Assembly: GCF_018977255.1 (NCBI RefSeq)
Contig: NW_024704743.1
Span: forward strand, 67,830,001-67,894,000
DNA from: Callorhinchus milii
Lineage: Eukaryota
Length of the DNA: 64,000 nt
Reading direction: 5' to 3'
Part shown: positions 50,224 to 62,550 of the stretch, piece by piece
Position numbering within the stretch: the first letter of the stretch is position 1
How the letters are laid out: every line of letters starts with the position of its first letter
Notes under the pieces: generated by a model
What the model saw: only the letters and a program-made list of their open reading frames with translations
Database searches by the model: none
Told to the model about the DNA's origin: nothing
Program-made: the position numbers and the translations under genes

Positions 50224-51595
50224 ACACATATATTCACCACACTTTGCTTTCTCCTGAGCTTGAGTCCATGCGCCCTTGATTTCAATCCTTTTCGTTTCAT
50301 TTAACTTTACTTTAACTGGGGTTAAATTAAGTCTAGCGCTGCACTGTTGAAGATGCCATCTTTCAGATGAGATGTTAAACCACTGTTGAGGTGGATATTA
50401 AAGATCTTGTGCCACTGCTTGAAAAGAGAAAGGAGTTTCTTCCTGTGTCCTGGCCAATAATCCTCCAGATAAAATTGGTCAATCCCTTCATTGCTGTGTG
50501 CAAATGGGCTGCTGTGTTCACCTAGAGACACAGTCATTTTACTGAAAATTCTGTGAAGAGTCTTGCGACGGTTCAACAACATGATAAGGAACAATATCAA
50601 ATGCAAGAATTATTATTTGTATTATAATGTTATACATTTTCCTTCTGCTCGATATCCCTTACTTAAATATTATTCCTTCTACTCAAGATTACTGCTAATT
50701 GCTGCTTCTTGAACCCCTGCAAATTTCACAAAGGAATCATTAATCAGCAGTAATGAATGGATACCCTGTGAGGCAGGGACTTTGCCGGTCTGTGAGAATG
50801 AGCAACAGGAACAGCAAATCTCAGATGTAAAAAAGCAAATTTTAAAGAAATAAGGTGGAAATATAGTAAAGTAGGTCAAGATATGGGTACTCCATTCATT
50901 TTGTTCATTTCAGCATCCTTCGGTCTACATTCTGGAAGTATATGGTAAACGACTGGATCACTGCTCTCTGATGGATTAGGAGAGTCAGCAGCAGTGGATG
51001 TGCAAATTCAGTATTTAATATTCTTTGCCATAAGCCATAGAATGTCCCAATACAACATCATTGGTCTCTATCCATGCATATGACCATGTGGTCTTTGCAC
51101 ATAGATCAACATTTTTAATATAAATAACAAATTATCGAAATTAGAAACTTATCCCTATCCGCAAGTGACTTTGGGCTGTGTAACACACACACCAATTGTT
51201 TCACTTTACACCAGGAACATGCATTTGTATTGTATATTTTACATAAGAGAATATCTCAAAGCACTTTACAGAAATGGAATGGGAGCCTGAGAGCAGTGGG
51301 AGGAATGGGGGGGCAGACAGGAGGCTCATGGCATCAAGAGATAGGTTGACTGGGTCTGTCTGATTTACTTTTGTGGCTTCAAAGTCTCCAATGATAACTG
51401 TGCCATAGCTCAGCCTCTTCAGGGATCATCACCTTCCACATATCAATCAGATTTTAGTTTCAGCAATTTCAGGACAGACACCAAGAAGTATTTCTTTAGC
51501 CAGAGGAGCAGCAACTTGATCCAGAAGGTAAGCAACTTGAAGCTATGATGGGAAGATGATAGTGGGTATTCTGGAAGGGTGGAAGGGTGGAAGGG

Positions 51596-51923
51596 GGAGT
51601 CCTGTAGCTCAGTGGTTAGAGCACTTGCTTTGCAAGCAAGACACCTGGGTTCAATTCCAGGCAGGGCGAAACCTTGGGCAAGTTTCCTTACTCCACACGC
51701 CTAATAATAATCCCTCCAAAAACCCAAAACAATAATAAATTGGTCATTTTCAATCTACGACTGTTTGTGGGACATTGCTGTGCGCAATTGGCTGCCGCGT
51801 TCGCCCACAAATATACAGTCAATTCACTTTACAGTATATTCTGTGAAGCGCTTTGGGACGTCCTCCCGACGTGAAAAGCGCTATATCAAATGCAAGGATT
51901 ATTATTATTATTATTATTATTAT
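51596..51923 (+). mobile_element. SINE family B short variant, full length, inserted in a CR1 3' UTR (about 51455-51970)
   Basis: GGAGTCCTGTAGCTCAGTGG...TGCAAGGA(TTA)n. The CR1 flanks TTCTGGAAGG| and |ATCAAATGGGCCAAA join as in the uninterrupted copy near 62000. Confidence 0.95.
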
Positions 51924-54519
51924 CAAATGGGCCAAACATCCTCCTTCTTTTGAGCCAATCTTGTGATAACACAAGGAATTTTGCATTGAAGAAAGTTGTG
52001 ATAATCCAGCACACTTGTAGTCCATCTGATCCAACCTTCCAGAATATCTCCTCTATCTTGTTCCCATTACATCATCAACCTTAAATACAGCATACAACTG
52101 ACAGCTGGTATCCCCTTGCAGCTGTTGATTATCCTCTATGTAAAGAAATCACTTCTGAAATTAATTTGAATGACACTGAATCTGTGTGATTTTATCCCAC
52201 TGCCTTGGAATATCTGAAAGTATTGTTCTGGGTTTAATAACAATAATCCTCACATGTAGTGCTTTTCACAGCTGGAAGACATCTCAAAGTGCTTCACATG
52301 ATTCACTGTAAAAAATGCAGTGACTCTGTATTTTGTAGGTGTATTGCTTTCTTTATTCCAATTTTTCACCAGGAACACCCTATCTCAATATTCTGCATTT
52401 AATTGAACAGTTCACATAAGCAGAGTATAAATCATTTAAATTACTCCTTTTGTTGTTTTTCATATTTTCATGCATTTCATTGAATGTTACCTTCTATTGT
52501 CAAGGAAAACTGTCAGGGAAACAACACAGTTTCACTGTAATAAATAACATGTCAAAACATTCATTCCATTCTACAAGTTAAATTCCTCGTTCAGAAGAAA
52601 TAAGATTGCTGTGGTTTTCATTTTGTTCAATGTGCAGGTGATATGCTGGAGATTCTATTGTTCGAAGAATCCAAAATGATTCTCTTTGCATCATTGAAAA
52701 GCCTGGTTTCCAAATAAGAAATATGATTAAATAACAACTATGAGACAAAATAAATGACTTGTTCAACTCTGTGTGACGGCTTTTTCTTGTTTTAGAGATT
52801 TTTAGAGGCTGTTTTAACCTTGAAGTACATCAGAAGAAATTCAAACTTTTTAGATGAATTGAAATATTTTGTCTTTCTTCTTGCACATTTTGACCTGCAA
52901 ATCCACAGTCACTGTCTTCACAGTAAAAACTCTGGACAAACTTTGTGATGTTCCGAATATATGATAAGCTGCTATATCAAATTCAAGGTTTATTGTTATT
53001 ATGTTATATTTGAAACATTAATTGTACTATTTGTACTTTTTTTCTCAAATAAGTTCCTCTTAAGAATAATTTATTTTTTACCTATTTCAATTAGCAAGGA
53101 ACACATAGTCTGCCCATCACAGCAGTCTTTCAACAGAATACTCTCTTATTTTAGGTAGGACATTCCGACATCTAATTCAATATTGGTTACACTGTCCCTT
53201 CAATTGATTGCTTCCATCACTTTTGTCCAGCATGATGTTAAATGACTTCTATTTACACCTGCACTACGACTACAGTATTTATTTTGCCCATCATAATTCA
53301 GGCACGGAAATAGTGCTTAAAAAGGCAAGACATTAATAAGGAGGGAAGCCTGGAAAATAACAATAACAACAATTTCCATTTATATAGCGATCTTCACGCC
53401 GGATGGCATCTCAGAGCGCTTAAAAGAGCAGTTCACAGTTCAGAATCGCATGATGCTTAAACAGTGAAGTCTGGAAATCGCCTCTGTGGAAATCTCGACA
53501 GAAACAAAGGTTAGGAGGGTGATGTGGAATCCAGAAACAGGAAAACAACTTCAAAATTGTGCTAGCAGTACAATCTTGATTTCACTGCAGGTTATTTTGC
53601 ATTAACAGCAAAAGTAAGCTTCATGAATCCACATTTAAAACACAAAAGACTTTTTTGACATGCGGAGTATCAAATCAATGTCGAAAGCCACTCAAGACAG
53701 ATGGCGGACTCACTGAGACACGGAAGCCATATCAGACTGCTTCAATGACCATTGTCCTGAATAGTGAGGTGCCTGGTTTACTGAAGCAGACAGACAGACT
53801 ATCTTTTAACAAAGACAATGAAAGAGACTGTGAAAAAGTGCCTGCAATTGTGAGGTGGCTGGATTACTGAGGTGAGTGCAAATTGGGTTTCTACTGTATA
53901 TTTATGGTGGAGGGAAGGATTGTCTGAATCAATTAATCAATAGAGCTTGAATTGTTACTGGAGCCTATAAGCCTGCTTTGCTGAGTACAGAATTCATTCC
54001 CACAAAAATGACTACTATATTGAAGCATCAATATCATATTGAAATGATTATTATTCTACTATAACTATTCTACGGTTGTGTTATTCTCAGTAGGCTATTC
54101 CCACATGGGTCTTACACAGAATTATTCAGATGACCATGCTCATTTTAAAATGACCAGCATTTCCTCACATCTTCCAGCATATAATCTGTTGCTCTCAGAC
54201 GCTACCCTGCTTGAACATCTCTATTTGAATGGAAGCTGTTGTTGTCTTTTAGTATCTTACTTAATTGAGAAAGGATTCACGTGCATCTTACAGAATTATT
54301 TTATCTATTGCCTATGCTACATAATACTTACTGTCACACGTATCTGTCGACAATTCTTCCTTAGCTACTTTGTACTCAATCAATTAAAGGGCTGCATAGG
54401 TATAAAGAGAAGCGAGGATGATTCCCAACGATAGAGGAATGAGCTATGAGCAACGATTAGCTAAGTTAGATTTGACAAATTTCAGGCTTGAATAGGAAAT
54501 GTATACGTTTATTTCTTAT

Positions 54520-54860
54520 ATACCTTTTCGAGGTATGTAACATTTTAAATGGGATTGAGAAAATAAACCCAGAATAATATTTTTGGAAACACCGAGAACA
54601 AGGGGACACAGGTTTACGGAGGCAAAGGACAATTTCAGAACCGACATCGGGAAGTATTTCTTTAGCTAGTGAGTAATGAATCACTGGAACAGGTTACCAG
54701 GAAGGGTAGTTTTGGCCAGGACGCTGGACTGATTTAAAATAGCTTGATGTTGTAATGGGAGGACATTAGAGCGAAGAATCACAAATTTGCAATATTCTGC
54801 AAGGTTGAGATAAAATGGACTGAAGGGCCTTCATCATCCGAACCTCTCTTATAATCTTGG
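54520..54860 (+). mobile_element. CR1 LINE 3' fragment
   Basis: EVCNILNGIEKINPE...RTRGH...QFQNRHREVF-like; TGGAACAGGTTACCAGGAAGGGTAG; 3' UTR GGACTGAAGGGCCTT. Confidence 0.75.
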
Positions 54861-55537
54861 CAATAACACTGTGTAATAGTCAACACAATTGTCACTTGTG
54901 TGCCAGTATGATGTTGGGACACTGTATCTTGCAGATATGATTCAACATGATACTTTATAGCAATGCAAAGATTCATTTGTAATGCTGTTCCAGCCTTCAT
55001 CAATCACAGAGCTGTTCTCAGGCTTTATTACACAATAGGGCTGGGGGTGGGGGAGGGAGTCGTATTCCCTCCAACATTATGTTTGTGATGAATTATTTCT
55101 GTAAAATGCTATCTTGGTGGTAATTATGTAACCAGGCAACAGAAACGAATGAATTCTTTCAATTTCTGTCAATCAACAACAACCTATGGCAATTTATAAT
55201 CCACAATAACATTAGCAATTAGATCAGCAGTATCTTCAGAGCTCTCATTTAATCTTGAATTGCAAACTATTGTATCATTTTTTTTGTTTCTCTGACCGCC
55301 CCCCTGTTTTTTCTTTTGTGATAATTTGAAACCTGTGCCCTCTCACAACCAGTTGAAATAATTTATTGCTATTTAATTCCATGTAGCCCTTCAGTGCCTC
55401 CCTCGAGTGGCTATTGCTTACTCTTGTGGGAGTCTGGACAGTGAATGTTTGCAGGCTAGAACCAAACATTGCAGGCGAACCTGATCCTATCCTTACCAGA
55501 CATCCACAAACCCACTTTTAACAGGAATTACTGGATA

Positions 55538-55950
55538 ATAATCCTTGCATTTGATATAATGTCTTATCACATCGTTGAGATGTCTCAAAGCACCTCAAAG
55601 GATATATTGTGAAGCGGAGTGACTATGTAATTTGTGGGCAAAACATGGCAGGCAGTTGTGCAAAGCAGTGTCTCACAAACAGCCTTGGCGTAAGTGACTG
55701 ATATTATTTGGAGTATTGTTGACCAGGATACCAGGAAAGAGAAATTCCCTTCCCTTCACTTTTCGAATAGTGCGGATCTTTAACGTCCATCTGAACAGGC
55801 AAACAGGACTTTGGTTTAACATCTCATCCAAAGGCCTGCACCTCCGACAATGCAGCACAACCCCAGCAGTGTCACGTTATATTTTGTGATTTCAAGTCCC
55901 AAAGTGGGGCTTGAACCCACAACCTTATAACTCAGAGGTGAGAGTGCTAC
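55538..55950 (-). mobile_element. SINE family A, near full length
   Basis: Tail CCTTGCATTTGATAT, body GGATCTTTAACGTCCATCTGAACAGGC, head AAGTGGGGCTTGAACCCACAACC. Confidence 0.85.
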
Positions 55951-57899
55951 CAGAGCATCAGGCCGACTCTGTGACATAACATTATGAGCAAAATATTGGC
56001 TGATTCTTTTCCTAAATATTCCGAAAGATTTATGCAAAGCTCCAATTTATATTGGTTTAGATGATCTCTGCCAAGGTGGTTAGAGGAGGTACTTTGTCTT
56101 TTGGTACTTTCTCTTTTCTAGCAAACATGAATATTTGCCCTTACGTTAAGGTTAAACATTTTCAATTTTCTGAATTTCTTGGTGAATAGCGCAAGTTACC
56201 CAGAATTAACACTGAGCACAATGAGCAGAACAATGACTTGAGTATTTAAGGTTTAATTGTAGCTTTAAGTGATCCCACAATGCATACTAGTTGTGCATTT
56301 GTGAAAGGCAACTGGGGAATTATAATGGAGACATTAAAGAGGAAAATATGTTTGGGCTGTGTTGAATTACACCACTTCTGACTATGCAAATCAATAATCA
56401 AAAGCAAATTAGCCATGGAGGCTGTATCTTTAATAACAATTAGTAAAAAACAAAATGAACATAAATGGCAATAAAATTACTCACTGAATTAAAGAGTCAA
56501 CAGCAACCAGGATTAATTAGAGTTGAGATATGTTGCAGTATTGTTTGGCTGAAAGTAGTCCCAATGAGCAACATAAACCACAGGACATAAATTACTGTTC
56601 CACTGCCCACAAGTGTGTTTTAAAAGCAGGCTTGATAAAGAATAAACATTCAGAAACAATGATGCTCTAAGACAATATTCATGTCTTTATAGACAATCTA
56701 CTGATGCTGTGGGCAGATGAACGAAAACTGCATTCTCTCCAAGTGAAACTGTGAGTAGAATATTAAATCTTAGTAACTCGTTTACTGGTACATCATGTGC
56801 GCTATATCACTTTGGCAAGCTCTGAGGTATAAATGAATTAAACATAATGATATTTGCAATCTAGCCATTTGGCCTAGGTGATGGAGCACAAACATCATTT
56901 AACAGCATACATGGTTACATTATACTCCACCCATAAACTGTGACGCAGAACTTGTGTCAAACACAAACTCCATAATATTTTTCCTTCCCAAAATCTCCAC
57001 CGTTTTATCTGACCTCCTTTGCACAGCACTGCACAGCACTGCATTGGAGTGTCATTTTAGACTGTCTGAGTTTAAATACCTTAGCTACTACATTCCTAAC
57101 CTCTGGAACTCCCTATCTTAATCGCTCTGCCTTGCCCCCTCTTTATCTATCTTTAAATCCCAATTTAAATACTTACTTCTTCAACCACACGTTTTTCGGA
57201 ATAGTCTCCAGATGAGATATTGTGAACTTAGCGAAATTTGACCTGTCTTGATTTCAGCAACAAACTGAGCAATAATAGTAATAATCCTTGCATTTGATAT
57301 AGCGCCTTATCACATCAGTGAGACATCTCAAAGTGTTTCACTTTGTTGGAAATACTGCAAAGTGGCTTGGCTGCATTTTTTTGCCGAAATGTGGTAGCCA
57401 GTTATGCACAGAAATGTCCCACAAACAGGCATTGAGTGAGTGACCAATTTTTAATATATATGTATATTTTAGGGATTGTAGGTCAGGACACCAGGAGAAT
57501 CTCCCTTCTGTTTTTGAATAGTGCCATGGGATCTTTAATATCCATCTGAACGGGTTAATGGGACCTCAGTTTAACATCTTGTATAAAGAACATTATTATT
57601 CTAAGATAGATACACTCATCAGAGAAATGCAGCCATTTATCCAACAAGCTCCTCCAGTACTGCCCAGCAGGAATTGTGACAAGCTCAATTTTTTTATATA
57701 TGTCCCTGAATTTGTTTTTCAAAATATGGTTACCTCAGTTATGATCACCTCGCCATCCCCCTTCTCCCTTGCTCAACAACATTCTTCCCATTGTGGAGCT
57801 CTACATAAATACAAACTGTTGTTATACTGTCTTAGAATTTTGTCCAGATCTTACAATATTATATATTATATTATTCACGTGCCAAATAACCAGTTAAAG

Positions 57900-58350
57900 T
57901 AGCATCATTACATACAGCACATCACTGAATCTTGCAATTCGGACCAATTAGTCCATATTGCTGTTTATACTTCACATCAGTCTCCACCCTCTTAATCTCC
58001 TCCTTCTAGGCCTCTCTGATTTTAGCCCCCTCCCCATTGTCTAGCTCCGCTACAGCCGCTGTCCCATCCAATTGCATTTGTCTGCTTTTTCCTAAGAACT
58101 CTTACTATAACATTTTCCTGAAGTATTTATCGAATTCCACTTTAAATATGTTTACAGATTCAGCTTCAACACCCACTTGCGGTAAAGCATTCCATATTCT
58201 ACCAAGCCCCATCCCTCCAATTTAATAAAACAATTCTAATCTTCTATTTTTTCTTGTGATGATAATCTCAATTTATACCCTTTTGTTTCTGACTCATGGA
58301 GCATTGAAAATAGTCCCTCTCTATTTACCGTACCAGAACTATTCCTAATT
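57900..58350 (-). mobile_element. CR1 LINE 3' fragment, old
   Basis: CTTTAAATATGTTTACAGATTCAGCTTCAAC...GGTAAAGCATTCCATATTCT...AATTTATACCCT is the reverse of the CR1 'GYKL...VRIWNALP' region. Confidence 0.7.
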
Positions 58351-60586
58351 CTGTTTGCAATGAGTGGTCACACCTTTCTGTGTGTGTCAGGATATTAATG
58401 GTGACAACAAAGAAAAAGTACTTGGAAATAAATTCAAATTAACATTTTAATAATCTTTCCCCACGACCAAAATATATTTATTTTAAGGTGAAGGCATTAA
58501 GAAACTCTATTACTGCCAGCTTCAGTGCCAACGCACACAGCATAATAAAATTGTGCCTATATACAGGGCAATCTAATTAGTAATATTTAATAACCTTGTT
58601 GCGTGTTCTGTTTGAAATATTCTCAAAGTAGAAACATTAATAACTAAGATTTCAAACTATGACACTTCAAATAGAAAGAAGAAATGATTGACTTTATTCC
58701 ATGTGTATCTCTTTTAAGCTTAGCTGTAAAGTTTGAAAGAACATTGTGGTGAAATCTTGCGACTTCCCCTATCCTGATATGTCACTGATCCATCTATCTC
58801 TCTTCCCCAGTAACAAGTTATTTTTAACATCAGTGAGACTCCCACTCCAATTTACTCCTTTGAAATTCTTGCCTTCGAAGTGCCAGTCTCATGAATTACC
58901 TATTTGCAGTGCCACTCATTTCCTTCTTGCAACAGACACTGTCAGAGCAAAAGAAAACTAGTGCAAGTAGCAATGAGGCAGGTAGCGATATCAACATAGA
59001 GTGCCATCATTACACCTGAAAGAGAGAGCCTGTATCAATCAACACAGGCACCATATAGCAACATTTTGTAGGAGATGCATGATCTGGAATCATTATCTTG
59101 AAAGCACAAAAACTGTCATACAACCCATAAGATGCAGTGATTCCTGTAAATATAAGCCATTCATTACTTTTCTTGCACATTTCGTTCTTTACATATGCAT
59201 TTATGTATCGATCAATACATCCCATTATGTAAAATGAGATGCCAAATTATTCATTCCTACATTATTTGCTGTAATCACTAATAATTCCTGTCCTGGGATT
59301 AATCTTAGTATTATTATATTATTATATTTTGGATGTTTGAGCACATACAACAGAGTCCCCTAAGATAAAACAGAATCAAGAACTGTAACAAATAAAACTA
59401 TATTTCAGCCCTGTACGAAATTGACCTGTTTGAAACCAGTACAGTAGACAACCCGCAAAACACACAGTCACTCCACTTTACAGTGTATCCTGTGAAGCAC
59501 TTTGGAATGTCCTTCTGACATGGAAGGTGCTATGCCAAATGTTAAGATTATGATTATTATTATTATCATCATCAATAGGCAACAAGTGAAATGGGCAATT
59601 CAGAAAAAAAGTTACTTTTCATTTTAGTGTTGAGAAACAACAACAACTTGCATTTATTTCGCAGCTTTCATGCTGGATAGTGTCTCAGGGAGCTGACAAT
59701 GAGAAAATGTTGAAAGGAAACATTAAATCTTTTGCCCTTAAGATCTTGTGGGATGAATGGAGTGATAGTTTCTGCCATATTAATTTAACATTCACATGTT
59801 TCTTCTGTCCTATCATTTTTCACATACAATTAACCACCATGGACCAACATGCTTATTATTATCAATGTGATTTGATCAAGTGGGATAAAAAGTAAAACTT
59901 ATTAATACGTTCATGCTAATGAAAAGCACCAAAGTGCTTCACAGGATTTTACTGTAAAGTGTAGCGACTGTGAGACATCCTGCAAACATACAAGAAGTTT
60001 AATTAGTTTTTAAAAATTACACAAATTATCATGGCGCCTTCTTAATCATTCCCTTGGCTATACATCCATCTGAGGAAGGTGGGGTCACTCACGCTGCTCC
60101 CAGTCATTGCTGATCTGTGTTGATGGCCAGGAACCAAGTGACTGTTGGACCTCACTTTACCTCAATTCTGGCCTATGCTTTGGGCAGCTTCTGAGGCTGA
60201 GAACTCCTCAGAGTAGGGAGTCAAATCTGCAACAAAGCATTCCTCAGTGCTGTACAGTCAATTATTTTATCTTTAAAGTGCATTTGTTTTTACCTTCCTT
60301 AAAGACTAAGTCAGTAATGAGTTGACACAATTCCACTTCCTGAACACATGTGCTGAATTAGTTCTTCTCAATCAGGTCAGTGGTCCTCACGCCACAAGTA
60401 GCCTCAGCGCCAATAGAATGGGAAATAAGTCTGTTTCTGATTGCTTTGCAGTGACCTTGCTGGAAAATACTTGTGCGCAGTCAGGCACTCGCTTTTGAGA
60501 TTCCTGCTGTTGAGACTCCTGCTGTTAAGACCCCCAACAAGATCACAAGAACAGTTAGGTTGAACAAGGCCCTTCGGCCATTTGAT

Positions 60587-61110
60587 CTCATGCAGAACTC
60601 TGCAGCTTATGTCCTCTCCCGCACTAGGCTCCGTGACCCTATGACCTCCACCCTCATCAGGCTTCACTGGCTCACCATCCCCTAGAGGATTGAGTTCCAA
60701 ATCCTCGTCCTCACCTTCAAGGCCCTCCATGGCTTTGCTCCTTGCTACCTCTGTGACCTGCTAACCCCATATCAGTCTGTCCGCTCCCTCCGCTCAGCAG
60801 ACTCCAGCCTGCTCCATGTCCCAAGCCCAGCCCACCCCACCATTGGCGGTCAGGCCTTCAGTCGCTCTGCCCCCAGCCTTTGGAAATCCATGCCACATTC
60901 CCTTTGCTTTGCTCCCTCTCGTCTCCTTCAAGGCGCGTCTCAAGACCCTCCTCTTCGACCGCACCTTCGGCCACCCTCCTACCCTCCCTGCCCTCCATCT
61001 CCCCTGATCCCAACCCCCAGCTCGGGTCCAAATTCCTGTCTGTCTAGCATCTTGGGACGTCCTCCTGACGTGAAATGCGCTATACAAATGTAATTCCTTG
61101 TTGGTTATTA
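60587..61110 (+). mobile_element. L2 LINE 3' end
   Basis: MQNSAAYVLSRTRLRDPMTSTLIRLHWLTIP*RIEFQILVLTFKALHG...SFKARLKTLLFDRTF; tail GGGACGTCCTCCTGACGTGAAATGCGCTATACAAATGTAA. Confidence 0.92.
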
Positions 61111-61849
61111 CAGTGTCCATTGAAGCTACATTAACAAAATTGCTCAAAAAGAATTGGATTCGCGCCTAAGAAGTAAAAACATCAAGGGATATGGGGAGAG
61201 AGCTGGAAAGTTGGACGAACAAATTTCAAAAAAAGGTTTGAAAAACAGATAGTAGTGACTTCCATATGGCCTCATTCTGAGCTAAAAATGTCCATGTTTC
61301 TAACCAGTGGAGACCAGCTAGTATTCAATCAATGTCTACACCGCTGTTTAGAACTGGGCATCATTGCGTTTGTTAGTGAGCTGATTGCTTAAGTCAATGA
61401 ACCAAAAAAGAACTTTTGCAATGGGAGTGAGCCCGGGCCACTTGAGAAATGCATTGTTAGAATTCAAATAAATCTGTTGATGCATGGAAGAGCATTCTCT
61501 CTTGATAATTTTCAATATAGGAATATCTATGCTATCATGATTGTTATTTACTTATTCTCAGATCACCACCACATTTTGTAATTGAATCACTGATTTAGGT
61601 TCTGTCTGCCCTGAGATTCGTACAAACATTAACGTTTGTGTTTGTAAAGAGCAATTTATAGAAAATTTGGAACAACGTATGATCACCAAGGTCTAAATAG
61701 TGGCTGTTATAGAAGCAATTTAGCATTTTAACACATGACCTTGGTCCTGAGACAGACTAAATGCAACTCCCAAAAAGAGACCAGATACTGGACCCATTCA
61801 TAAAACAGTTTAATGCCATGAAGAGGATGATAGGGTAGCAATCAGACTT

Positions 61850-62065
61850 TAGTTTTAGCAATTTCAGGACAGACACCAGGAAGTATTTCTTTACCCAGAA
61901 GGTAATTAATGACTGAAATAGGCTACCAGGAAGGGTAGTTGAAGCCAGGATGCTGACCTCCAAAAACAGCTTGATGTTCTGATGGGTTAAGAAGATGGGT
62001 GTTCTGGAAGGATGAGATCAAATGCTCCAAAGGGCCTTATTTATCAAAATCTCTCTTGTGAACAT
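61850..62065 (+). mobile_element. CR1 LINE 3' fragment
   Basis: AGCAATTTCAGGACAGACACCAGGAAGTATTTCTTTACCCAGAAGGTAATT (FRTDTRKYFFTQKVI). Confidence 0.8.
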
Positions 62066-62139
62066 GAAGATCTGAATGATTTTAAGATATGTTTAAAATA
62101 TGCACCATAGTCCGAAATTAGTCAGAATTCAGAGGTAAC

Positions 62140-62550
62140 TCTCATGTAACAGCCTGACTCAGTTACCAGAGGTTGTGGGTTCAAGCCTCACATTCGGATA
62201 TTCAGTGTAGACTGAAACTCCATTGCACTGTCGGGAGATGCACTGTATTGTTGGAAGTGCTGTTCTTCAGATGAAATGTTAAACTGAGGTCCTATGTATC
62301 TGTTCAGGTGGATGTTAAAGATCTCAAGCCACTATTCGAAAAGTGAAGGGAATTTCTCCTAATGTCCTGTCCAACAATCCCCCAAGTAACATTGGTCTTT
62401 CACTGCATGGCTACTTGTGGGATAGCGTCGTATGCAAATTAGCTGCCGTGTTTGCCCACAAAATACAAAGTCACAACACTTCACTCGTTAAATTCTGTTA
62501 AGTGTTTTGAGATGTCTGCCCGCTAGGTGCAAAGATTGTTATTATTATAT
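62140..62550 (+). mobile_element. SINE family A, near full length
   Basis: CAGCCTGACTCAGTTACCAGAGGTTGTGGGTTCAAGCC head, CAGGTGGATGTTAAAGATC body, TGCAAAGATTGTTATT tail. Confidence 0.8.

Noticed and set aside
51596..51670. tRNA-Ala gene (near-complete cloverleaf; also at 4240-4311, 50150-50223 and 35355-35429)
   Set aside because: It continues directly into the SINE body and L2 tail, has an irregular T arm, and has no oligo-T terminator after the cloverleaf. It is a SINE head.
49945..51874. Identical 66-aa ORFs MGKFPYSTRL... suggesting a duplicated gene
   Set aside because: They are incidental frames inside SINE copies and do not start at ATG.
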